Source of the DNA: Klebsiella phage KP13-16
Length of the DNA stretch: 64,000 nt
Sequence record: OP617741.1
Reading direction: 5' to 3' (one strand)
Shown here in pieces: positions 47,235-55,596 of the stretch; positions within the stretch are counted from its first letter, which is position 1, and each line of letters begins with the position of its first letter. Made by a program: the position numbers and the translations under genes. A model generated the notes under the pieces. That model was not told the DNA's origin, searched no databases, and saw nothing but the letters and a program-made list of their open reading frames with translations.

Positions 47235-47845
47235 TAAAGAGTTTCTCTTGTATTATTTAAATCTTCAGAAACTCTATTAATTTCTTTTTGTAAGATATCC
47301 TTATACTGAGGATATTTTTCTATCAAAGTTAAACCTTGATTTATATACAACATTTGCCAAGCTCTATGTGCTTCAACAGGATCTGTGAAACCATGTATGG
47401 CAATATCATGAAACCTAGCCCTATATCGAGGTACTTTCTGATATTTATTTTTCTGTTCAGAAACTCCCAATGGTAAATTATTTTTAGAGTATCTTTTTAT
47501 AATATAATTATTTAAATCTTTACCTACAAAACCACAGGTGCTTGGAGAGTATATTTTACTAACCCCAGATAAGAGATCCTTGTCCAGTTCCTTTCCTTCC
47601 CAATCTTGGGTTTCCATCCAGGCACGAAAATTACCAAATGTCAACCATTCTTCACAAACACTACAACCTTTATAAGTAGGAAATCTTCTTTGGTAATTTT
47701 CACTATAACAACGCCTTAGCATATTCGTCCAACGATCATAATATGGATCTCGCCAAAATACAACTTCTTTACCATTCATACGTTTACTTTTTTGAGTTAT
47801 ATCTTCTAGATCATTGTATCCCTTACCAAAAAGTAATTTATTCAT
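47213..47845 (-). CDS. AP2-domain / homing-endonuclease-like protein (paralog A)
   Basis: The N-terminal motif is WTNMLRRCY...YKGCSVCEEW. The C-terminus is AP2-like (RYRARF...HGFTDPVEAHRAW). Paralogous to 52239..52901. Confidence 0.45.
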   Translation of the reverse strand: MNKLLFGKGYNDLEDITQKSKRMNGKEVVFWRDPYYDRWTNMLRRCYSENYQRRFPTYKGCSVCEEWLTFGNFRAWMETQDWEGKELDKDLLSGVSKIYSPSTCGFVGKDLNNYIIKRYSKNNLPLGVSEQKNKYQKVPRYRARFHDIAIHGFTDPVEAHRAWQMLYINQGLTLIEKYPQYKDILQKEINRVSEDLNNTRETLYCGIGEY

Positions 47846-49134
47846 TACAATTCTATCTCAAGTAAGTAATCAAGTCTAACTTGACTCAGGTCAAAGACTA
47901 CAATCTCATCATTTCTCACCCCAGAGTATCCAGCCTTAGCCCAATAAGATTGGTATCCTTTTGGAGGGCGTTGACTTGTTGGTCCTGTTGGGGTATAAGC
48001 ATTTCCAACAGCCACTGAAACTAGAAACATGTAAACTTTTCCATTCCCCTGACCACCACCCGTATAATACATGTTATCACAATATTGGAGACTTTTTGAA
48101 GATTGATTTGCGAAATACAATCCTGTTGAGAACATGGCCCCTGCCTTAACACCAGGACTATCTTTAGGCATCATTAACCCTTTACAGAAAATAGATAACA
48201 AATTAGCTACACGTGTTCCGTGCCACAGTTCATGAACATTACCATACTCTGTGATAGCTTTATCAAATGGTGCTTGCTGATTTCCAAGATTAATTTTATA
48301 GATATTCTTAACTTTAGAACCCATGATGCGACCGCCGTGTTGGGCATTTTTACTTTCATTGTAGTAATTAACAATACGATCAATTGTAGCAGAATCTTCA
48401 ACATGAGAGATACCAAAATTAAAGATTTTTTCTACTTCAACTTCTTCTTTAGGTTTATCTTCCTGATTCTTTTTAAGTTCTTCAATAAGGTCTAATGTTT
48501 CCAGAAGTGCTTTACAGATTTCACGTTGTTCGTCAATGTTTTTGTGACTAAACAGCAAGTGACGTTTATCACGTGTAGTTGCAACTTTATTAGGAATAAG
48601 AACAAAATAAGAATCATTTAAAGTTAAGATCTCATCTTCACCTTTACCACTCTTTTCATATTCATCCAAAAGGGATTCAATATTACCAAGATGGATCATT
48701 GCTTCTTCCACAGCAGCTTTCTTTACAACTCCTAAAGGAGTCTTAAACAGACCATCTTTTTCATCATATTTAATGTTAGTAGAACTGGTGATATTATGGA
48801 TGTTTGCTTTAGCAATTGCTTGAATAAGATTACGACTTGTGTCGTCTTTACAATCAATTTGCTTAAGTGCAATGTCTACTACGTTAACTTTTTGAGTCAA
48901 CCCAGTTTCACCAGAGACAGCTTCTAGTTGTGCTTCTTTATAACCTTTCTTGATTTTAGATGCAACAAGACTGTCAAACTTCTTTTTACCACCAGAGTAG
49001 GAGGTAGTTTGAACCCCGCCACCTACCCGACCAAAACGAACTGCAATATTTCCAACGTCATCTAAGGTTGCTTCATAGAATTTATTGTTATTATTCTTTG
49101 AATCAAACATGATTAGCATTTTACTCTCAGACAT
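47845..49134 (-). CDS. WGR-domain poly(ADP-ribose) polymerase (PARP) catalytic homolog
   Basis: N-terminal WGR-like domain (YEATLDDVGNIAVRFGRVGGG...KGYKE). The C-terminus carries LWHGT and GAMFSTGLYFA. It continues through FLVSVAVGN to RNDEIVVFDLSQVRLDYLLEI. Together these give the PARP H-G-S/T, Y and E motifs (H-Y-E triad). Confidence 0.85.
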   Translation of the reverse strand: MSESKMLIMFDSKNNNNKFYEATLDDVGNIAVRFGRVGGGVQTTSYSGGKKKFDSLVASKIKKGYKEAQLEAVSGETGLTQKVNVVDIALKQIDCKDDTSRNLIQAIAKANIHNITSSTNIKYDEKDGLFKTPLGVVKKAAVEEAMIHLGNIESLLDEYEKSGKGEDEILTLNDSYFVLIPNKVATTRDKRHLLFSHKNIDEQREICKALLETLDLIEELKKNQEDKPKEEVEVEKIFNFGISHVEDSATIDRIVNYYNESKNAQHGGRIMGSKVKNIYKINLGNQQAPFDKAITEYGNVHELWHGTRVANLLSIFCKGLMMPKDSPGVKAGAMFSTGLYFANQSSKSLQYCDNMYYTGGGQGNGKVYMFLVSVAVGNAYTPTGPTSQRPPKGYQSYWAKAGYSGVRNDEIVVFDLSQVRLDYLLEIEL

Positions 49135-49154
49135 TTCACCCCCTGTTAAGTGAA

Positions 49155-49176
49155 TAAAAGGGCTTTCGCCCTTAAA
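49155..49176 (-). terminator. hairpin (AAGGGC-tttc-GCCCTT) overlapping the upstream stop, before the PARP RBS
   Basis: Perfect 6-bp stem, followed by a GGGGGTG RBS and the PARP ATG. Confidence 0.35.
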
Positions 49177-49609
49177 GTTTTTCGAGAAGTTTCAACACAG
49201 CTTCTTTATCAAGAACAGTTGAACCGAGGAGTGCTTCAACCTCTTCAATTTGGAATACATCTCCAAGTTGGTGGGTATTGACTGGAGGACGGATCTTATC
49301 TTTGTGGTTCAGAAAAAGATCTTCTTCAAATCCATCTCGAACATATTTCCCTTTCAAATCTGTAATTTCAACAAGCTTAATCAACTTATGAAGTTTTTCA
49401 ACACGAAACTCAGGTGCTACTTTAGCTTCAACTTCTTCACGGAGGTCATCCAAAGAGCTTCGAACAGTATCAAGTTTCTCATAAACTTCTTCAAAGAAGC
49501 TAGAATCTAAAATATATTCCATATCTTTAAGAAACTCTTTGGGAGAGTTTTCAGCATACTCTTTAAGATCTTCAAACCAATCATTAATTTTATCAAACAG
49601 TGGATTCAT
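49172..49609 (-). CDS. hypothetical protein
   Basis: 145 aa, acidic and helical. Confidence 0.45.
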   Translation of the reverse strand: MNPLFDKINDWFEDLKEYAENSPKEFLKDMEYILDSSFFEEVYEKLDTVRSSLDDLREEVEAKVAPEFRVEKLHKLIKLVEITDLKGKYVRDGFEEDLFLNHKDKIRPPVNTHQLGDVFQIEEVEALLGSTVLDKEAVLKLLEKL

Positions 49610-49636
49610 AAATTACTCCTCTAATTAGTACTACAA

Positions 49637-49996
49637 TTATACCTTTTCAAAATCAATATCATCGCAATCGTTGACATCTTCATAAACGTCACCAAAGTCT
49701 TTAATTGCATCTTTAATAATCTCCATATAGATTTGGTGGTCTCCCCAGTGACCTATGCTAAAGATAATCTTCTCCCCATCATAAATCTCTTTATAATCTA
49801 CAGAACATGAGTGTGTCATAAAGATGATCCTAGACTCTTTTGCAGTAACAAAACCTAACCAAAAATGGTTAAAATCTGAGGTAGAAATTTCTCCTTTAAT
49901 TCGAGTGAAATCTCGTAGAGCAGAATACACTGCCCCATAAACTTCTAAAGCTTTATCTTTTGAACAACAAACAAACACTTTATGATCAACACTCAC
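49637..49996 (-). CDS. hypothetical protein
   Basis: 119 aa. Confidence 0.45.
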   Translation of the reverse strand: MSVDHKVFVCCSKDKALEVYGAVYSALRDFTRIKGEISTSDFNHFWLGFVTAKESRIIFMTHSCSVDYKEIYDGEKIIFSIGHWGDHQIYMEIIKDAIKDFGDVYEDVNDCDDIDFEKV

Positions 49997-50008
49997 AATA
50001 TGCCTCCC

Positions 50009-50656
50009 TTAAAAGGTCTGATTTAGCTCCGTTAGAGTCATAACAGAACCTTCTTGAGTCAGAATAAACTCATTGTCTCCAACAGAGTCAAGAGTATAAC
50101 TTCCTTTTGGTGTTTTTACAAGGAAAGAATCCACATTTACAGTAGTGAAACCAAAAGAATTTTCCTCAAAATATCCATTTTTAACCTCTGGAGTCAAACC
50201 AATGCAGATAGCATCACCTTTAACACATAAAGCTTTTACATTTTTAATGGTATATTTTTCACCTGTTGAATAGTAAACGGTAATGTCAGTTTTCTTACGA
50301 ACTGGGACTGGTTTACGCTTCTTGTGAAAACGTGGTTTTGCTACTTTAATTTCTTTATTCATTTCTTCTCCTAAAAGTGCATTAACAAATTCTTCTGGTT
50401 TAACATAATAGTATTCATTATTAGACATGGCATCTAAGTGCCATCCGGTGAGTGTAGTCCCGGCATTATGACTTACAAGACACCATATATCTTTTTCATC
50501 ATAACTATTGAAATTATTGAAAAATCTAATAAAATCTTTATAACTCCAGTCTTCTGAAACATCAAGAGAAAGAAATATTTTTCCTAAAATACTACGATAA
50601 TTATCTTCACCATAAAATTTAACAAATTCATTTTTTAAAACATAGCCTTTATACAT
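50009..50656 (-). CDS. hypothetical protein
   Basis: 215 aa. Confidence 0.45.
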   Translation of the reverse strand: MYKGYVLKNEFVKFYGEDNYRSILGKIFLSLDVSEDWSYKDFIRFFNNFNSYDEKDIWCLVSHNAGTTLTGWHLDAMSNNEYYYVKPEEFVNALLGEEMNKEIKVAKPRFHKKRKPVPVRKKTDITVYYSTGEKYTIKNVKALCVKGDAICIGLTPEVKNGYFEENSFGFTTVNVDSFLVKTPKGSYTLDSVGDNEFILTQEGSVMTLTELNQTF

Positions 50657-50775
50657 ATTCTATTTACCTATACGATCAATTAAAGTTAAGTCCAATACCA
50701 CCGGAAGGAATAACAACCATCCAGGATAATCTTCTTGAAATAAGTGTCTTAAGACAATATAACTAATTACTGTAA

Positions 50776-51705
50776 TCACTTCTTATCTCCACTTTTACTT
50801 TTCATAATAGAGCTTAAAGATACAAGCGGGGTTTTGGGTACAGGTTTCTTTCTAGGGACATAATTTTTGACAAATGGATTAAGATTTTTAGCAATCTCTG
50901 GGATGGACATTCCTAAGAGTTTGCTTGCTTCTACCATTTTTGATCCCACCTCTTTTCCTACAATTACCATGTTATCTTTAGTATAACCTTGGGTTTGGTC
51001 TAACAGGATAAAGACTTTTTGAGACAGTTCAATTGTCTCTCCTGTTAATTTGCACTTAGTTCCTGAAAACTTAGCTTTAAACTCTGCAAAACTAACTGTA
51101 AACTCTTTCTTTTCCGCAGAGGCATGTTTAGCCATATCAGAATAGTAAGAGGCAATGCGTACATCTGGGGCAATCTGTTTATCTGACATCTTCAGGACTC
51201 CTTGATCATTACGGGATAGTTCAATTTTTTGTGTTAAGACACCATTCAAGTTATCATAAAAATTTGTATAGTCAATATCTTTAAAATAATTTTTATAAAC
51301 ATTAGATTCAAATTTAATTAAATGGTTGTATTTATAAGATAAAAACTTTTTATACCCTGGTGTAACTTTCTCTTGAACCACTCTCAAGATTGCTTCAGAT
51401 GTTTCATTGATCCTTACTACTTGTACTTCGGTTTTGTCAAGAGCATAATCTTTTATTCTATTTACTGCTGCTGAAGTTAAACAAACATTCCCTCGTTCAT
51501 AACCGAGTTTATCATCTAAACGTTCAATGGATATCTTATGTTTATCCTCATCAAAGGTAACACCAGTATAATCACACTTACCGTCATTCCGTAAGAAAAG
51601 TACTTTCATATCTTCAAGGGTTAATTTGAAATCAATACCACGCTTCCTGGCATCTTTTTTCTTAGATTCAAAACGTTTTTTGAGTTCTTGTTCGTCTAAC
51701 TTCAT
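50776..51705 (-). CDS. tandem HNH-like (His-Me finger-like) domain protein, possible homing endonuclease
   Basis: Two repeats of C..TG......I...LD...GY...N pattern (CDYTGVTF...SIERLDDKLGYERGNV; CKLTGETI...ILLDQTQGYTKDNMVIV). The catalytic His is not evident. Confidence 0.3.
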   Translation of the reverse strand: MKLDEQELKKRFESKKKDARKRGIDFKLTLEDMKVLFLRNDGKCDYTGVTFDEDKHKISIERLDDKLGYERGNVCLTSAAVNRIKDYALDKTEVQVVRINETSEAILRVVQEKVTPGYKKFLSYKYNHLIKFESNVYKNYFKDIDYTNFYDNLNGVLTQKIELSRNDQGVLKMSDKQIAPDVRIASYYSDMAKHASAEKKEFTVSFAEFKAKFSGTKCKLTGETIELSQKVFILLDQTQGYTKDNMVIVGKEVGSKMVEASKLLGMSIPEIAKNLNPFVKNYVPRKKPVPKTPLVSLSSIMKSKSGDKK

Positions 51706-51714
51706 ATAGACCTC

Positions 51715-52230
51715 TTATTTGATCACAGTGGCATTTTCAGGGATTTCAGCTTCATCAAGTACATAGATGGTAACATTGTACCCGGCTTCACACAATGTCT
51801 TTTTGATAATATCTTCAACAGAAGACCACTCTGCTCCTCCAAGACCTGCACCAAGTTTGGGAAGTCCAATTTTAAGATCCTGATTTTCAAAAAGCATTAG
51901 CTGTTTAGACATAGCTTTGAAAGAAGATTCAAGCTTATCTAAATCTGTATTTGGTTTTCCATCCTCACGTTTCCACCAACCCCACCGTCCGTATAAATTA
52001 TAAATACTTAAATTATACAATGGAGAATGGGCATATGAGAAATCTCCAAATTTTTTAGGGTCTCCTTTAATAGTTGAATCATCTGCAATAGCGACTTCCG
52101 GGAAAGCTTTATCTAAAAGTGGGGCAATCCCACGTTTACGTGCATTAAAACAGTTACATTGTTGTGCAATAACATTTACTTCTCCACTTTTTGCAGCCAA
52201 TAACAAATCCATCACTTTATATTTCAACAT
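51715..52230 (-). CDS. macro domain protein (ADP-ribose binding/hydrolase)
   Basis: VNVIAQQCNCFNARKRGIAPLL corresponds to the macro VNAAN...GGGV motif. LKIGLPKLGAGLGGAEW corresponds to the second macro motif hhFPxIGxGxxG. 171 aa. Confidence 0.65.
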   Translation of the reverse strand: MLKYKVMDLLLAAKSGEVNVIAQQCNCFNARKRGIAPLLDKAFPEVAIADDSTIKGDPKKFGDFSYAHSPLYNLSIYNLYGRWGWWKREDGKPNTDLDKLESSFKAMSKQLMLFENQDLKIGLPKLGAGLGGAEWSSVEDIIKKTLCEAGYNVTIYVLDEAEIPENATVIK

Positions 52231-52238
52231 ATTACCCC

Positions 52239-52901
52239 CTATAATTTTAATGTCTCTCTATTTAAACTTATATCTTCTTTTATATCTTGGATCCTATCAA
52301 GTAAGGCAGTTTCAACAACCTTATTAAAGTGTGCAGATTCTTTATATTTTTGTAAGCTTTCCTTGATTGCAATAATTTTATAATCTTGCCACTGTTTATG
52401 AGCAAGGTCTGGTGAGTTATGATAACCTAGATAAACAATCTTACCAGATACATGACAATAAGCTTGGAACCTATCCCTATGATGAGGCTTTTTCTTCTTT
52501 TTAAGACTTACCCCTAGTGGGAGGTGTCCTCTTGCAGATCTACTATCTGTTAATAGGCAGTTAATATAGTTCGGAACCATAACGCAAGTCTCTTTACTAT
52601 AAAGCTTATTACCTTTAATTAATATATCCTTATCAATGCATAAATTATCAAAATCCTTAGATATGGCCCAAGCTTTAAAATTTGAAAAGTATTTCCACTC
52701 TTCACTTACAGTACAACCTTCATAGACAAAATAATATGGATCTTTTTGTTTTAAATTATAACATCTTCTAAGAATGTCTTTCCATCGGCTATATATCGGA
52801 CAGAGCCAAATTTGCTTCCATTTACCATCTTCAAATCTATTTATAGAGACAGGGTCTACACTATCATTAATGCCATAGTTATGTACAAGTTTTTGTTTCA
52901 A
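52239..52901 (-). CDS. AP2-domain / homing-endonuclease-like protein (paralog B)
   Basis: WKDILRRCY...YEGCTVSEEW, with a C-terminal AP2-like segment (HRDRFQAY...LGYHNSPDLAHKQW). Paralogous to 47213..47845. Confidence 0.45.
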   Translation of the reverse strand: MKQKLVHNYGINDSVDPVSINRFEDGKWKQIWLCPIYSRWKDILRRCYNLKQKDPYYFVYEGCTVSEEWKYFSNFKAWAISKDFDNLCIDKDILIKGNKLYSKETCVMVPNYINCLLTDSRSARGHLPLGVSLKKKKKPHHRDRFQAYCHVSGKIVYLGYHNSPDLAHKQWQDYKIIAIKESLQKYKESAHFNKVVETALLDRIQDIKEDISLNRETLKL

Positions 52902-52915
52902 TCAAATCTCCAACT

Positions 52916-53299
52916 TTATAGACTAACTTGTTCTGCATCCTTCATCTCCATAAGTTTATCTAAATAATCTTTTGCCATCTTCTTATAATCTTCCGGGAAG
53001 TATTCACGATAGTAGTCTTCAAGAAGCATCATGATGCTTGGCTCTGGTCCACTTTCAATACTTGCACATTGCGGGCGCAAGTCGAAGAAATTCTTTTCTT
53101 TCTGTAACTTTGCTTCTTCGATTAACTTATCAACTTCTTTAATTTCAAGTTTAATCTTATGACAAGTTTTACTGAAATAACTTTGATCCATCTTTTTCCT
53201 GTTCACCGAACATTTTCGAAAGGAATGCAAATCTCTGATAAGTTCATTTCTAAAATTATTCAAAGCTATAACTAGTTTTTTGTTTTTATTCATTACCAA
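52916..53299 (-). CDS. hypothetical protein (family X copy 1)
   Basis: FRNELIRDLHSFRKCSVNRKKMDQSYFSKTCHKIKLEIKEVDKLI is paralogous to 55683..55958. Confidence 0.45.
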   Translation of the reverse strand: MVMNKNKKLVIALNNFRNELIRDLHSFRKCSVNRKKMDQSYFSKTCHKIKLEIKEVDKLIEEAKLQKEKNFFDLRPQCASIESGPEPSIMMLLEDYYREYFPEDYKKMAKDYLDKLMEMKDAEQVSL

Positions 53300-53532
53300 G
53301 GTGCCTCTTCTAATTGGGAATGGGAGATGCCCATCATATCTGCCAGATCGTCTTTTGTCAACAATTTTCTTTCAAACAAATTTGTAACCAGCAAAACAAA
53401 CATCTCACCTACGTTATTATTAGATTGCTCTAATAGTAACTGCTCAAGGTTAAAAGTTTTAGTATCACTATAATCCTCATTCGTAAGGAAGAAATGCTTT
53501 TGTTGTGGGTTTAGCATAGGTCTTTTCCTCAA
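53293..53532 (-). CDS. hypothetical protein
   Basis: 79 aa; it overlaps neighbouring genes. Confidence 0.3.
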   Translation of the reverse strand: MRKRPMLNPQQKHFFLTNEDYSDTKTFNLEQLLLEQSNNNVGEMFVLLVTNLFERKLLTKDDLADMMGISHSQLEEAPW

Positions 53533-53758
53533 ATCTCAGTTCGCCGTTAAGTTTTTCAATTCTATGTGGGAGAACATCCTGGCCCCACCAAGGCTTTTCA
53601 TGAATACGATAACTCCAGACTGTCATGAAAGAGTCTTCTTCAGTGCCTTCTCCTTTGATTCTAACAGTCTTATTATAGATATCCCGGATAGTAGCTTCTA
53701 TCCCATCTACTAAGACAATCTCATGAATTCTGTAAGGCATCTGGTATTCATTAGTCAC
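53477..53758 (-). CDS. hypothetical protein
   Basis: GTG start at 53758 with GGAG 7 nt upstream. It overlaps the NadR stop as GTGA (translational coupling). The listed longer start would overlap NadR by 58 nt. Confidence 0.35.
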   Translation of the reverse strand: MTNEYQMPYRIHEIVLVDGIEATIRDIYNKTVRIKGEGTEEDSFMTVWSYRIHEKPWWGQDVLPHRIEKLNGELRFEEKTYAKPTTKAFLPYE

Positions 53759-55356
53759 AAATATGCTCCAAGAATATGTTCTGAATAAACCTCTTCTAGA
53801 AAATCTTCCCAAAATTCCTTATCTACTGAAGAAGGATAATGAGAGTTTTCTGCTAAAATTTCAACTTCCTGTACAACCTTCTCAAGTTCTTCCTGAACCT
53901 CATTGAAAGGCATGTTACCAGTCTTAACAGATAAAATCAAGGGATTTTGTTCCATAGGATAAACAAGATCACCATGCTTATAAATGTTAATAAGTTGATA
54001 TCCACCACGAAGAGCGTGGCTCAGAGCTTTCCAATCCACACCTTGATTAGCCTCAGCCAAACGTGCTCTATCGCCATATTCTTCCCACAGTTTAAATAAA
54101 GACGTCTTCATTTCTTTTACTGAGACTGTTTGTTGAAACTTTCTTCCAAGAACTTCATAAAAGATTTGATTTACACCATTTTTATCCGTAGCAAAGATCC
54201 AATATGCAAACTCATTGAGTGGAAAATATTCTTTGAAATCACCAACCTTTTTAGAATCATCTATTGTTTTAATACATTCTACAACTTCACGTAATGCTGC
54301 AAGCCTGGAGCCTTTAATTCCATACTTAGATGCTTGTTTCCTTACATAACCAAAAAGCCCTGTCAGCTTTTTAGTATAAAAACGGTGACGATTGTCACGA
54401 ATATATTGCCACGTTTCAGAATTGGTTACGAGCTTACTATCTGTATCTTGCAAACGGAGAGGATCAGCCACCCACTCAACTTCTGGGGAAAGGTATAGCA
54501 CCATGTCGTAGAAGTTATGAGCTTCTTCAACAGCCAACGACATAAACATACCATCATTGTAGCTCACTTTACCAGCACAAATTGCAGAAAAATGTGTTAT
54601 AAGATTGGTTGTATCTGAAATATGCACCACATGTGCCTGATTTGAGTTACTAAATTCCTCAATACGGTGGATCATAGCAATCTTAAGATATGCTTCACGA
54701 TCCATTAAAAATTCACTGCCATTGTACATCTGTTCGCAAATATGCCGCCCTACTTCGGGTGTTGATGTTGTTCCATAGTGCTGTGCTAGAAGCTCAGTCA
54801 TAGTGGATTTGCCAGTGCTCTCAACACCAATGATAGCTACACGTTTTACAAAACGAGGACGAGCTTGATCTGAAAGATACTCGAAGTTATCACGTAGATT
54901 AGTACGAATACGTGTTGCAGAGATATCCACTCCTGTACGCTCTGCATCCAACACAACATGCTCCACCTCTGGGAAATGCTCAGAGAAGTACTCAGTATAC
55001 TCCGGCTCAGAAGAGAAAGCATGTGTCAACACTTCCCCTTCTGGGATTTTAGCACGAATCAACTCAGCATAAGCCTTACCACCTTCTGGATAACCAGGAA
55101 TATCAGACTCATCCACATAATCTACAATCACTTTGTGTTGTAACCCTGAGTCTTGAATTAAAGATTTAAGATCCAATAAACGCTGGGTTAAACCTAGACG
55201 GTCTTGCATCCAAGGTGTTTGAGTGTCGTTAAACTTCTGGTCAAACGACAGAAACAGGTATAGCCGATCAATACCTGAATCTACAGCCATACGAATGAAG
55301 TTGACGTGTCCTGCTGTCAGGGGTGCAAATTTACCTAAAATTAAGCCTACGTTCAT
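53755..55356 (-). CDS. NadR-like bifunctional NMN adenylyltransferase / ribosylnicotinamide kinase
   Basis: The N-terminal GKFAPLTAGH matches the GxFxPxHxGH NMNAT motif. The central Walker A segment IIGVESTGKST resembles the NadR RNK domain (GGESSGKS). 533 aa. RBS AAGGAG. Confidence 0.75.
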   Translation of the reverse strand: MNVGLILGKFAPLTAGHVNFIRMAVDSGIDRLYLFLSFDQKFNDTQTPWMQDRLGLTQRLLDLKSLIQDSGLQHKVIVDYVDESDIPGYPEGGKAYAELIRAKIPEGEVLTHAFSSEPEYTEYFSEHFPEVEHVVLDAERTGVDISATRIRTNLRDNFEYLSDQARPRFVKRVAIIGVESTGKSTMTELLAQHYGTTSTPEVGRHICEQMYNGSEFLMDREAYLKIAMIHRIEEFSNSNQAHVVHISDTTNLITHFSAICAGKVSYNDGMFMSLAVEEAHNFYDMVLYLSPEVEWVADPLRLQDTDSKLVTNSETWQYIRDNRHRFYTKKLTGLFGYVRKQASKYGIKGSRLAALREVVECIKTIDDSKKVGDFKEYFPLNEFAYWIFATDKNGVNQIFYEVLGRKFQQTVSVKEMKTSLFKLWEEYGDRARLAEANQGVDWKALSHALRGGYQLINIYKHGDLVYPMEQNPLILSVKTGNMPFNEVQEELEKVVQEVEILAENSHYPSSVDKEFWEDFLEEVYSEHILGAYL

Positions 55357-55383
55357 GGGGTCTCCTTTGTCTAATCAGTTTGT

Positions 55384-55412
55384 ATCTTAGATTACTATTA
55401 AGTAATTGTCAA
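55384..55412 (-). promoter_or_regulatory. sigma70-like promoter upstream of the NadR-like gene (TTGACA-17-TAAGAT)
   Basis: Read on the minus strand. A consensus -35 and a good -10 are spaced 17 nt apart, about 25 nt upstream of the RBS and ATG. Confidence 0.55.
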
Positions 55413-55537
55413 CTGTTAATTGGTTAATTAGGTATGTAGTTTGTTTTACACTTACAATGATACACCTCTAGGTAGGATAATCAAGGAAATAATAGTAAAT
55501 CGTATAACTACTATGGACATAGTATCCATAATACCTC

Positions 55538-55596
55538 CTATAAAAGAAAAGCTATCCGTCCCTTCCTATCTAACGATAGTCAGGAACGAATAGCTA
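55538..55596 (-). terminator. two-tier stem-loop with trailing U-run (putative terminator or structured RNA element)
   Basis: An outer imperfect 13-bp stem (agctatccgtccc / ggaacgaatagct) encloses an inner 5-bp stem (ctatc-taac-gatag). An A-run on the + strand gives a U-run on the minus transcript. It lies downstream of 55683..55958. Confidence 0.4.
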
